Assembly: GCF_001194135.2 (NCBI RefSeq) | Contig: NC_068987.1 | Span: 107,906,709 to 107,970,708 of the forward strand | Source of the DNA: Octopus bimaculoides | Lineage: Eukaryota | Direction of reading: 5' to 3' | Length of the DNA stretch: 64,000 nt | In this document: positions 28,128 to 40,476 of the stretch, piece after piece | How the letters are laid out: every line of letters begins with the position of its first letter | How positions within the stretch are numbered: position 1 is the first letter of the stretch | Notes under the pieces: generated by a model | The model's database searches: none | Seen by the model: the letters and a program-made list of their open reading frames with translations, nothing else | Told to the model about the DNA's origin: nothing | Made by a program: the position numbers and the translations under genes

Positions 28128-30092
28128 ATTAGTTACATGTATAAGGTAAAGCGTAACAAGACAGCATTGCCGGTTAATGTTAACCTGACGTCAAAAAATG
28201 TCAACAATCTTAAGTAACGGAAGATCCTGTGTTAAAATTAGTGAGCAACAACATAGAAATAACAACGAACCTCCATCAAATTTTGCTCGGTTTTGTTAAT
28301 AAAAAAAGGACACTTTCGCTAATGTTGTACTTGGTACGCAAAGTTTTCGAGGGAACGGGGTATCGTAGTCTACACAGTTTTGTTCAACCTAGAGCATAAC
28401 TGCATCAACAAAGTCTGGAGTAATGGAATAACCGAGTCTCGAGGTTTGGGGCTCTGCTATTCTTTCAAAGATTAATTGAAAAACAAAATGAAATTTGTTC
28501 ACAAAAAATAAATAATTCAATTAACTTTAATAATTCCAATAATTCAGTTTCAGATTATTAAACTAATAATTTTGTTTCATTTCATTAAAGTTCATTAGAA
28601 AACGGAAGTCTCTTGAGAAATTTATCACCTTTACAGACTCTATAATACCACGCTGACTGGAACCGGTGTGACGCCACAATTAAAGTTGAAAAGATGATGT
28701 TATGCCTCAGCTCATCACTGATCGACTAGAACATCTAATGATGGCATTCCAGTCGTGACCATCCATTTTATTAGGTATACCTGGGGCTACATTATCCTAA
28801 GTATGTTGCTTATACATTGCATCGGACAAGAATATAAACTCTTTTCTTTTTACTATGCATAGCAAAATATTTGTCGGACTTATAATTGTTTTCAGTCTTT
28901 AAACCACTAGTAAGGAACTATCTTTTTACGATCGCACGAGAAATCTAATTGATTCTCTATCGAGACACTTCCTGTTCATTTGACGTGTGCAACATGTTCT
29001 AGAAGTTAATTCTTAGTGTAAGATGTTCTGGTTGTCGTTTAACTTGCTCAGCACCGAAAAAGGAGTCCAATTCCCTCATAATCATGTTCAAGCAAGTTTA
29101 TTTAATCTATGCTAGGCTTCATCTAACATATCTTGAACAAAGATATTCAAGTCTGGACAAACCATATTTTAGGAGACATAGTACAACCAGAATTATAGTC
29201 TAAGTATTTTCCTTTAACCCTTAAATAAAAAATGTCTAATTGTCTGCTTTGAACATGCGTTTTATTTGTAAGAAATGATGACCACATAGAAAAACTAGTT
29301 AAAACTTACATATTACGGTAGTTCACAATGTCTCTAATTTATCATAAGGTGAATACCATCCGCTGTGAAGAGGATTATTAACGTTAATGATACTTCTTGT
29401 TGAAGGCAAGGGAAGCAACTCATGAATTCAAACTGATGAAAAATTGAAAAATCGAAGGAGGATAAGCAAGAGAATGTGAATCTGATGTTTCCGAAGTACA
29501 AAGTAGATATATCCAGCAATTTAAATCTCTTCAGCGAAACATAGCCATCACCGTACACACCATGTCTTAAAATAAATGTCAATATTTACACTGAATTTGA
29601 GTGTAAATATTTTAATGTATAATATAAGCTCGACGAAGTTACAAACATTTCAAGTTTCACCATTTCCTTTAGGGTATAGCATACAGTGTACGAACAAAAT
29701 TTATGAGATTTGAAACATTTAAACTTTTGTTAAGATTTCATTCAAATCGAAATTACTTTACGTCAACTTTCTGAAATTTAATGAATTGTTTTTTGCATAA
29801 CTTTTCTTCTACACTCGTTACATAACCGAGAGTATAATATATATATATATATATATATATANNNNNNNNNNNNNNNNNNNNNNNNNNNNNNNNNNNNNNN
29901 NNNNNNNNNNNNNNNNNNNNNNNNNNNNNNNNNNNNNNNNNNNNNNNNNNNNNNNNNNNNNNNNNNNNNNNNNNNNNNNNNNNNNNNNNNNNNNNNNNNN
30001 NNNNNNNNNNNNNNNNNNNNNNNNNNNNNNNNNNNNNNNNNNNNNNNNNNNNNNNNNNNNNNNNNNNNNNNNNNNNNNNNNNNNNNNNNNNN

Positions 30093-30125
<33 letters not shown>

Positions 30126-30284
30126 ATATTATATTTTAAAAAAATATCCAGGTGTATTATACTTTTCGGCACACTGGTACGTTCTTATTTTGAACGTATT
30201 AAGAACGTAGAAAATATATTGCAGGCAAATATTATTTCTTTGTTCTTTGTTAGCTTTCATTCTTTTATTACTGTTATTATTACT

Positions 30285-30297
30285 TCTGCTGTTATTG

Positions 30298-30360
<63 letters not shown>

Positions 30361-30386
30361 GTAGTAGTAGTAGTAGTAGTAGTAGT
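30285..30386. repeat. (TTA)n-(TAG)n compound microsatellite
   Basis: Directly visible. Confidence 0.97.
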
Positions 30387-30968
30387 TAAATTGCAGTGCC
30401 TTTGAATGTTGCAACAAGAGAAACGTGCAATACATGCAACATCTGGAGTTTAATTTAACTTAATTCGATTTGCAATTCACCTCTGCTACGCATACAAATA
30501 ACATTATGACGTCTTTGTCATAATTAATTAGTCTGTTAATTAATTAATTAGCTTGTTAGCTAGGTACTGAGTTATTTAGGTGCTTTTTTAAAAAAAATAA
30601 CAATGAAAATAATAGTGATTTCAATGTATTTCTCTCTCCGCACACTCTATCACATACTCCTCTTCTGTATGTCGCATGGGGAGAATGGCCCATTGAAACG
30701 AATGTGGTTTATTTTTATGCGTGTATTTGCAAGAGGAGGGATGTATTGTAGGAGCGGGGTGGGGGTGTCGGGGGTGGTTCATGGTATTCTAATGTATAGA
30801 GTCTTGTGTATTATTGATCTTGGTTTCTCTTAGCTCAATAGGCAAGATGTTTAAATGTGGATGAAGTTAATTCCAGCAATCTAAGTATTCATATCTTAAA
30901 AGAGAAACATCGGGTGGTTATGAATAACGTTACAGACAATATTATATGGATTTTATGAGGAAGCCTCT

Positions 30969-31130
30969 AAGTAGTCGATCAGCTTGCTAGAAATAAATTC
31001 CCTCAAATAGCACTCAGCCAAGTTACAAGGTGAATAACACATTCTGAAATAAGTAACGTTTGAATACAAGATGGGATGGACTCGCCCTGAACGTCATCAT
31101 TAAGTATGTTTAATTAAGAATGTTCACGCA
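30969..31130 (+). mobile_element. Short interspersed repeat family D, degenerate; related pieces at ~28695-28800 and ~32755-32880 (-)
   Basis: GTCGATCAGCTTGCTAGAAATAA...GATGGGATGG. The TTAGCCCCAGG(G)CAGCC...CAGACCTA tail is seen in reverse at 32760. Assignment partly from memory of octopus repeats. Confidence 0.4.
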
Positions 31131-31525
31131 CTAAAAATCCCAATACAAATGAAAATTTTTTAAAAAATATATGTTTTGGCTTAAGAAAAAAACCTGATCC
31201 GTTTTAATCAATTACGATTGCTGGTGTCCATTCTTGATCATTTAGGCTTTCTAACCATGGAGCATTTAGGAATACACTGCTTAATTTGATCCTCATTTCC
31301 AAGACTTCAGTGTGTGACCTTGAGAAAATTTAGTTATTATTTCCGAAAGTATAGGGAAACCACAACGAATGGACAACATCGTTAACTTCTTATATTAGAA
31401 AGTTATGGAAAGTTTTCAAATTTATATTATTTTATCCTTATTTTTTTCTTCGAAATATTTCTCAAAATAACAAAAATACAATAAGAATAGGTATTTGAAG
31501 ATTTTGGTTGGTCTACTTTAGTGCA

Positions 31526-31910
31526 GGAGGCGCAATGGCCCAGTGGTTAGGGCAGCGGACTCGCAGTCATAGGGTCGCAATTGCGATTCCCAGACCGGGC
31601 GTTGTGAGTGCTTATTGAGCGAAAACACCTAAAGCTCCACGAGGCTCCGGCAGGGGATGGTGGCGAACCTTGCTGTATTCTTTCACCACAACTTTCTCTC
31701 ACCCTTACTTCCTGTTTCTGTTGTGCCTGTAATTCAATGGGTCAGCCTTCTCACACTGTGTCACGCTGAATCTCCCCGTAAACTACGTTAAGGGTACACG
31801 TGTCTGTGGAGTGCTCAGCCACTTGCACGTTAATTTGATGAGCAGGCTGTTCCGTTGATCGGATCAACTGGAACCCTCGACGTCGTAAGCGAGGGAGTGC
31901 CAACAACAAC
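31526..31910 (+). mobile_element. SINE family C, full length, with a 10-bp TSD (one mismatch)
   Basis: tRNA-like head with A box TGGCCCAGTGG and B-box-like GCGATTCCC. Ends in (CAA)n. TSD CTTTAGTGCA (31516-31525) and CTTGAGTGCA (31910-31919). Confidence 0.92.
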
Positions 31911-33558
31911 TTGAGTGCAATATCTACAAAATAAATGTTTGATGTTTTGTCTTCTGTCACAAGTAATTTGATGTGTTTGTGATCTAGGCTTATGCCTCAC
32001 CAAACATTGCTAAAGTAAATAACTAATAGAAATGGGTAATGTAAATCAGACATATAAACTGGTGCCTATACTGAAATAAATTCCTAGTTATATGAATTTA
32101 AGAGGAGAGACTCTATGAAGCCGACCTGCATCGGATACGACTTTATTAAGATAAATAGCATTCAGTTCTGCTCCTTGCTTAATCCGATTAAAAGACAATT
32201 TTATACTCTCAACTAATGTCTTTTAGTTGCTGGGTTCCTGAGTAACCAGCAGTGAACTTTCGGTGACCCTCCAACACTGGTGTATTTGATGTTATTAATG
32301 CCATCCAGCGTTTCCAGAAAAGGCACGAGCAAGAATGCACCTAGATATTGTCGACTGGTTGTTGTAATTGGGGCGGGACTGAGTGTGGATGGATATACAA
32401 CCACGGTGATGAGAATAGGAAAAACAACATAATAAGCGGAAGACACCATAGTAGAGAGTAGTGTTACTGCTACAGTTGTTGTTTCTGCTGGTCTGGTTAT
32501 TGTTTTCGTTGATGACATAGCTTTGTCCATCGGAAAACCTCCACGTATTACGGGAAACCACGTACCACTTGGAAACCTCCATAATTTGGTAAAAGTTGCC
32601 AACAGTTATCATGAAAGACACGTTGGATGATATCAAATGGTTAAGTAATTCACATCACAAACACGTGCCGCTGAGTTCCATCCTATACAAAGCACTGCTA
32701 TAAAATCTCCTTTGCATCCGTTGGGACTTTCTTAGCATCTCATGTGGAGGAGGAATTGTTTTAGCCCCAGGGCAGCCGTGTTTGAGGCAGACCTATTATC
32801 AATGTCATTCAAGCATTCACCATCCATTATTTCTAAATCTATAGCAATATGATCTAATGTAAGCATTTTAAGCTATTGTACTATGAAATGCTTGTGAACT
32901 GCTTATGGGCCGCATATGAGCCACAAATTTCCTTTTTCAGACAGGGTACTTTCGAAACCCTACGATATTTTAATATCGCAAACGAAATCATGTTACTTCT
33001 TTGACTGCAAAATCAATCGTGCGTTCGTCCATCTTTATTTCAGAACACTTGTAATACATGTTTATAGTTCTAATCATGCATACGTTTGTGTGTGGCTGTT
33101 TGTGAGTGTATTTGTGAGTATATGTTTCTCTGTGTGTATGGGGAGGGGTGTGGATGTGAGTGTGCATGTGCGTGTGCGCATGTGTGCGTGTGTGCGTGTA
33201 TGCGCGCGTGTGTGTTATAACCATTGACCGAGATTGAAATTTCATGTTTCCTCTCTCGAGATTTATTCGTTCTGCCATCCTCGAACGGCGACGACTATAA
33301 AATGACTAACTTATTCTCACTTCCTAATTATAATAAATTTGACTTACTCAAAATTGAATTTTACTATTTGTCACTTAACAGTCGTAAAACACGCACAGAT
33401 AATCGCGCGTACACACACACGTGCACACACACTCACACACAAACGCATCTGTATGTGTTTGTCTTTATATGTATGTTTCACCGATCCATTTCTATGTGTG
33501 AAGAATATCAAAATCTTCAAGGCACGAAAGAGGTCATTTACAATATTTGCCTGAGACT

Positions 33559-33980
33559 AAGGCGGCGAACTGGCAGAATCGTTAGCACGCCGGGCGAAAT
33601 GCTTAGCATTATTTCGTCTGCCGTTACGTTCTGAGATCAAATTCCGCTGAGGTCGAATTTGCCTTTCATCTTTTCGGGGTCGATTAAATAAGTATCAGTT
33701 ACGCACTGGAGACGATATAATCGACTTAATCCCTTTGTCTGTCCTTGTTTGTCCCCTCTGTGCGTAGCCCCTTGTGGGCAATAAAGAAATAAGGAACGTT
33801 AGAACGCCGGGTGAAATTCTTGGCGGCATTTTTTTACGCTCTAAGTTCAAATTCCACCGAGGTCAACTTTGCCTTTCATCCTTTCGAGGTCGATAAATTA
33901 AGTACCAGTTGCGTACTGCGGTCGATGTAATCGACTGGTTCCCTCTTCCAAAATTTCAGGCCTTGTCCCTAGAGTAGAAA
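33559..33980 (+). mobile_element. Two tandem SINE family A copies: long-tail 33559-33793 and short-tail 33794-33980
   Basis: Same architecture as 25061-25477, in the opposite orientation. Confidence 0.9.
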
Positions 33981-34336
33981 ATAATATTTGCTTGAGACTG
34001 AATAGCGAACGATCAATTGGCCTGCTGGTTGTCAGAAATTCATTAAACCAGCTATTTGTCTGTTGTAATACTGAAACCAATGATAATATCATTTGTAAAT
34101 TGGGATTTCGAATTGGCAAACAAATGAAGAAAGAATTAATATGTGATATGTCTCAGCCCACAAGTTAATAGGAAAACCAGTTCCTGAATGTATTTATCTG
34201 TATTGTTTAACTGCAATTAATATAAATTAATGCAAAGTTTGATTATATTTTTTATATCCATTGTTTCTGAATTTTTTTCAGCAGCTACTTCAAATTAATG
34301 TGTTAATAGAACGCTATTTTTAATTCAGGCATCAGA

Positions 34337-34780
34337 AAGACGGCGAGTTAGTTCAATCGTTAGCGATTCGATCAAAATGCTTAGGGATATTTCCTCTGGA
34401 ATTACGCTTTGAGTTCAAATACCACCGAGATCAACTAAGGATCGATAAAGCAAGTAAAAGTTGGGCTTCGGGGTCGATGTAATAGACTTGCCCAGTCCCC
34501 GCAAAAGTTGCTGCTTCTGAGCCAAAATTTGAAATCATTATTTCCGGTGTCCGTAAAGACGGCGATGTCGCAGAATCGTTTGCCAGTTGGACAGAACGAC
34601 GAGCGATATTTATTCCGACTTTTTACTCTTTGAGTTCAAATTTCGACGTGGATAGCTTTGACTTTCATCCTTTCGGGGTTGATAAAGTAAGTACCTGTTG
34701 AGCACTGGGGTTGATGAAATTGACCAAACTTACCCTCTAGCAAAATTTAGGTTCTTGTGACAGTAGGAGAAAAGATTATT
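34337..34780 (+). mobile_element. Two tandem degenerate SINE family A copies: 34337-34540 and 34556-34780
   Basis: Two heads, AAGACGGCGAGTTAG and AAGACGGCGATGTCGCAGAATCG, each followed by GAGTTCAAAT and a GGGGTCGAT or GGGGTTGAT block. Confidence 0.8.
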
Positions 34781-35054
34781 TCTCGGCTTCGTGAACTCAT
34801 TCTCATTATTCTGGAAATGCTTATCTGTTTTAGCGATATATTCAGTATCTTAAGCCGTAGATATATGTCATCCCTCACAGTGATAGTGATGACTGCTACC
34901 ACGAAAAGCAATAGCGATAGCAATTCTCCTTGAAATATTCCCTCCCTGGATTTTCACATTTATGAACAACTGACTTCAGCCCAACTCAAAATGTCCTCGT
35001 TTTTTCTTATATAAAAGGAAAGAAACCAATAGATAAATAAAAATAAATAAATAA

Positions 35055-36690
35055 ATAAAGTGCTAGTCTCTTAGTTGAAACAAGCGTCTTAGCGATTCCA
35101 AAAGTGAAAAGAGCGCTTCATTATCCCTTGTTGTTGTCTATCCTACAAAAATCTAAGTTAACATTTCTTACCCGTATTTTGTTTCATTCGACCTATATAC
35201 AAATAAGGCGCCAGATTCCATTCATTTCTTTCTCTGTCCTGTTTGCATTTCTAGAAACAGTCTCTCCGTTTCCAGAAAGGTATACCATTCTCCTGCTAGG
35301 AAACCAGTTACTATTTTATAAACCAACAACGAAAATGCAACAAGCCTACAATTACTGATTTCTTTCTTGGCTCAGTATTTCTTTGTTAACTTCCTCCTTC
35401 CTTTCGACTTGTTTTTCGATGCTCCAATTTCTATACAATTAGACTAAATCCGTTGCATGCGCATGCGCATGCCTATGACAATTCTAAATACGACCCCTTT
35501 TACCTCATCCGGTTCAAGAGCTTCTCATTTTGTTATCTTTTAAAATCATTCTCCTTCAATAATATTCACTAACCTTGAACTATTTTTCTATTCACTTTTA
35601 AACTGCAACAATCATTCTTTTTCACTGCTTTTGACGGACCACCTTACTTCATCGATATTTAATTCTTCTGAAATTTATTCCCTATGTTAAACTATTGGGA
35701 AATGTCCGTTCTATGTTTCTGAGGAACTCGTTATGTTGATACTATTCTATTCTTTGTTGATATCCGGTATTTTTTACTCGATCTTCCTTTCATTATTTTT
35801 TGTCTTACCGCTTATTTAGCTACTCGAATTGCTATATGTTTGATGCTGTGTTTTCTTCAAAGCTCGTCTTTATGTCTTTCCTTCAACCTCGTCTTTTTAA
35901 TTATAGTATTTATTCCCCGAGGATCTTTATTGAGATCTCAGTTTGATTCTCTAATCTCCTCTTCCACCAGAGGTCTTTGGCCATTTTTTCTGTTCTACTA
36001 TTAACTTCTAATGCTTTACAGTAACAGGTGCACAGTATATCAGGTCATTTACATCTATTATATTCACACCTTTGATTTCTGCTAATAATTTATCCAATTT
36101 CTTTACTGCCTTTCATACCTTTGCTCCTTTCATTTCCTCTCAAAGTTGATAATCTTCTGTCCCTATTTCTTATTTCATTCAAACGTTGAAATATAATCCT
36201 TTTTTCACTGTTCCCATATCTTTTCCTTCTGTGAAGTAAAACGTATTTTGACTCCCACTCTTCTCTTCTCCTGGTGATTCATTGATCTTCTCGCCATTTC
36301 TTTTTTAATTTCCTCTCCTCTAACTAGTCTTTCCATCTCCAACTAAGATAGTCAGTCGTTTCTCTCTATTTTATAGTTTCTATCCAGAAGTTTTTATTCT
36401 GTAGCTAAGAAAATGTCACTCTATCGAAATCAAACGCATTCTTCTTTTGCCACTTCCATAGTAAAGTTCTATGATGATTCTTGTGTTATTCTGTGACCAT
36501 ATTCTTCTAATAGTTTCAGCGATATCTGGATGACATCTAGGCCTATTCTGCACTTCAAATAAACGCATGCTATGCGCGAAACTCACACATGGTTAGGTAG
36601 TTTCATTAATGCGTTTGTGAAATAAGTTTATCTGCTATCAAGCTCATAACAAGACTTGTGGGGTTCAGGTGGCACAACTATTGTTATTTC
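35055..36690 (-). mobile_element. Ancient R4/Dong-type non-LTR retrotransposon relic: pre-RT region and start of RT
   Basis: DLWWKRRLENQ...RHKDEL*RK...QQRIE*YQHN, then LLVYKIVTGFLAGEWYTFLETERLFLEMQTGQRKK. This aligns by eye with the EPWWKRRLE..Q / QNRLF / LMWKLLTGII.EEIY..L...LLPEEQKGCRK pattern of R4-clade ORFs. Many stops. Confidence 0.6.
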
Positions 36691-37789
36691 TATCGAGACA
36701 TCTTCTCCAGAAAAAAAAAATCAGTCAGTGCTTTACATGGAGGAAACTTGGACAGAAATTGCTAATATTTTATAACTGAACTCGAGAAGCGAACTCATTT
36801 TAACCATTTCTTCCATCTGAACTCAACAACTCGTTTCAGTCGTACTCATACAGAGCTTATTAACTTTATAGACTTATAGACTTATAATAATCTAAGCAGT
36901 ATATTAGAGGTACAGAATGAAATACTGTTGCTTTGCTAGCGATTAATTACACACACATATATACACTGTTGCATGTATACGTGTGCATGTGTAATGTATG
37001 CATGTATGCATATATGTATGTGTGTGTATATATGTGCGTGTGTATGTGTGTGTGTGTGTGTGAGTGTACGCTTATGTTTGTATATAAAATGTACTCAATA
37101 CGTGTTGCAAAGATTATTCATTAAAATCTAACGCTTCACTTCGTTGCTTTCTTTGAGTTTTCCGTTCTTCACGAACGGTGATACATGTTTCATATGTTAG
37201 CACAATATATATGTGAGTGACTGCGAGAGAGAGAGAGAGAGAGAGAGAGTGTGTGTGTGTGTATGTGAGTGTGTGTGTGTGTGTGGTGGGAGCGGGGGTG
37301 TACATATAAATGCATGGGTAGAGACACACACTGAAATATGCATACACGAATATGTGCGTCTGAGAGGGAGAGAGAGGGAAAGGAAGAGATGGATATGAGT
37401 GAGAAAAAGACGTGGAGAGAAAAGCTAGCCATATTGACAGAGAGAGAGAGAGAGAGAAAGAAAATAATGGCGTAAAAATTACTTTGGAAAGAACTATCAA
37501 GAACATTTTTTAAAATCTTTTTAAATATAAACATATATGATGGATCGCTTTTAGAATTCACCTCTTTATATATGTTTTTCCAGGAGAATTAACTCTAAAG
37601 TACATTATAGCGCAAACATGTTTAACTTAGTCTGAAATTGAAGATTCTTTTTTTCACTCTCTCTCGCTTCGTTGATTAAACACGACGACGGAGATTGAAA
37701 TAACTATATTCCTGAAGTTTGTTTTCTCTTTTTTCTTGTATTAAAATGCAGCCAGCCGTTTCTTATAATAAACAGCATAATTAATGGAA

Positions 37790-37998
37790 TTCCATTTGTC
37801 GGTATCATTACTGCCAGCACCAATACCATTATTAGAACAACATCAACAGTAGTCGTCACCACTACTACCAGAACCAGAACCGGAACCGGAACCAGCAGCA
37901 GCAGCAGCAACAGCGGCAGCAGCAACAGCAGCATTGAAACATATTCGCCAGCGTCATCCTGTACCGTCGTTGTCCGTTTTGTCGTCGATTCCATTAAA

Positions 37999-38034
<36 letters not shown>

Positions 38035-38510
38035 GTCGTCGTCGTCGTCGTCATCGTCGTCATAGTCATCATCATTATCACCAATAACAACAACAAAACA
38101 TTGCACACCTCAGCATCAATTTCGTCATTTTCATCGCCGTCTCCATCTCTGTTAGAGCCATCATCATCGTCATCGTCATCGCCGTCGTAGTCGTCGTCGT
38201 CGTTATAATCATCATCATCACCGACATCGTCGCCGTCATCGTCATCTTCGTCGCCGTCATCGTTATCATGATCATCATCGTCGTCGTCGTCGTCGTCGTC
38301 GCAATCTTCAACAAAATCACCATCACCATCATCATCAACGTCTTTAACACCATAACTCCATCCTTCAATGTCGTCGGCTTCGCTGTGGTCGTTCTCATCG
38401 TCATCATCATATTCCTCAATACAATCGCCATCATCATCATCGACAACATCTTCAGCCTCATCAGCGTCGGCTTCGTTGTCGCCATCATCATCATCATTAA
38501 GATTTAATCA
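37790..38510. repeat. Long degenerate trinucleotide field (CAT/CGT/CAG)n
   Basis: Directly visible. It gives poly-Met/Thr and poly-Asp frames on the minus strand. Confidence 0.9.
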
Positions 38511-38924
38511 ATGATTTTTAATTGCTTACTTTCGTAATGGGTTTATTTTTTTCGATTCAATGCACTCATCGGATAAATATACAACAAAAGAAAAAAGAAA
38601 AGTAGGAAAAAACTTTCTACTGCAGTTTTAACTTTCTAACGATTCCTTAACTACATGTTTGAGGGAGGGCAACCCAGAGGGAGCAATATATTGTTAGTTA
38701 AATACAAAAACGGTAACTTCTCGTATGTAATATCGAGAGCGAGCTGAAAATTTAAATCATCGATGTAATTAATAGAGAAGACTGCCCTCTGTGAGGATTT
38801 AACATAGGGAAACCGTAAGTAAGGGAGTTAATTTAAGTAAGCGCGGATAACGAAAACTACATCATTCTGGTAATTTCTATCTGCCTTTATTTTTTGATCA
38901 TTTGTATCTTACTTACTTCACTTC

Positions 38925-39120
38925 TTCAAATGCAGCCGTACCGGAGAGCGGTCATGAACGGTTTTGTCGAACAGACTGATCCCGTTATTATTTTTAAAGT
39001 CTGCTTCTTATTCTATCAGCGCCTTTGGTCGAATCGCTAATTTACGGGGTCGTAAACAAACCAACAGCAGCTATCAATCAGTCGGTCAAACACACAGTCA
39101 TTCACGCGCGCGCGCACACA
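38925..39120 (-). mobile_element. SINE family B, 3' half, degenerate
   Basis: TTCTTATTCTATCAGCGCCTTTGGTCGAATCGCTAATTTACGGGGTCGTAAACAAACC aligns with 43430-43495. Confidence 0.6.
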
Positions 39121-39749
39121 GTGTTCACATAGTTCCCGTCTATATGATTAATTCACAAGACAACTGTCGCCTCAGACCTGCATCAGAAACACTTGTCGAA
39201 ACTATCGCGAAATGGGACTAAACTCACACCCATGAGCTTGCAACAAATTAAGATATACTCTGATGAACAGTTCTTTAGTGATGGAAGCATCAGTGTTGTG
39301 TTCAATATTTGTTACTAGGCAGCAGTCTGAGATCGGATTCTGTCCGTAGCTTTGAAATTAAAAGAAAACCCCGAGACTTCTTGGGTTGCTATTGACGATC
39401 AAGACTACCGATTGGTGAGCAAATATCTGGAACCCATACTACCTGAGAATAGCAGAATACTGACCCTAGAATTTGTTGCCACTTATGGCCCACTGTGTGT
39501 GTGTATGAGTATATCTGTGGATCTATCTGTGTGCATGTGCATGCAAATACAAACGCACAGGCTTTTATATAGCGGTACACATTCTTTCAACCACATTCAT
39601 AAGGTTGAAGGACTTCTATGCAGATTTACGTATATCGGGATATATATTATAAAACATCCCCTAGGAATATATACCATATTAACATATCTACAGCCATGTA
39701 TGAACAAACGTGAGAAGAAACATTTGCATATGTTATTGAATTTTCCTCC

Positions 39750-39857
<108 letters not shown>

Positions 39858-39966
39858 CACAGAGACAGAGAGAGACGTGTGTGTGTGTGAGTGTGTGGAT
39901 TCGAGTGTGTGTGTGTTTGTATATTTATGTATAAGTATGTATATATATGTATATATGTACATATTT

Positions 39967-40476
39967 AATAAATGAGAAATGCATTCAATATTTAAAAAAA
40001 AACCGTACACATAGGACAGACACAGAAGAGCCACAATTCTTCATCAGTTATCGACCGAAATACTAATACACAGTTTCATGCTTTTAACGATAAGATNNNN
40101 NNNNNNNNNNNNNNNNNNNNNNNNNNNNNNNNNNNNNNNNNNNNNNNNNNNNNNNNNNNNNNNNNNNNNNNNNNNNNNNNTTCATCAGTTATCGACCGAA
40201 ATACTAATACACAGTTTCATGCTTTTAACGATAAGATTGGGAACTTCGTATATTCGAGGCACCCGCAAAATGTGCGGAAAATTAGGGCTCGACCGAACAA
40301 AACGGTAGAGGGCGGACGTACGAAAGTAAACAAATGTACGCCGATATGCGAAGCTATCAGTTAGAGGTATAAAACTGTGTATTAGTGTTTCGGTCGATAA
40401 CTGGTGAAGAATTAGGGTCCTTCTGTGTCTATCCTATGTGTACGTTTTTCAGTATTTAATGCATTTTTCATTTATT
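39967..40476. mobile_element. Foldback/MITE-like element with ~130-bp inverted arms
   Basis: 39967-40096 is the reverse complement of ~40352-40476 (AATAAATGA(G/A)AAATGCATT...CAGTTATCGACCGAAA(T/C)ACTAATACACAGTTT). Spacer is ~115 bp and GC-richer. Confidence 0.8.

Noticed and set aside
31526-31600. tRNA-like sequences at SINE heads
   Set aside because: They lack complete cloverleaves and continue into repeated SINE bodies with TSDs, so they are not tRNA genes.
32500-32525. FVDDIAL as an RT catalytic motif
   Set aside because: No other RT motifs flank it. It is the antisense reading of a Ser/Thr-rich frame.
40040-40237. Exact 57-bp repeat on both sides of the gap (40040-40096 and 40181-40237)
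   Set aside because: A perfect duplicate flanking a gap is the signature of unmerged overlapping contig ends, not a biological repeat.
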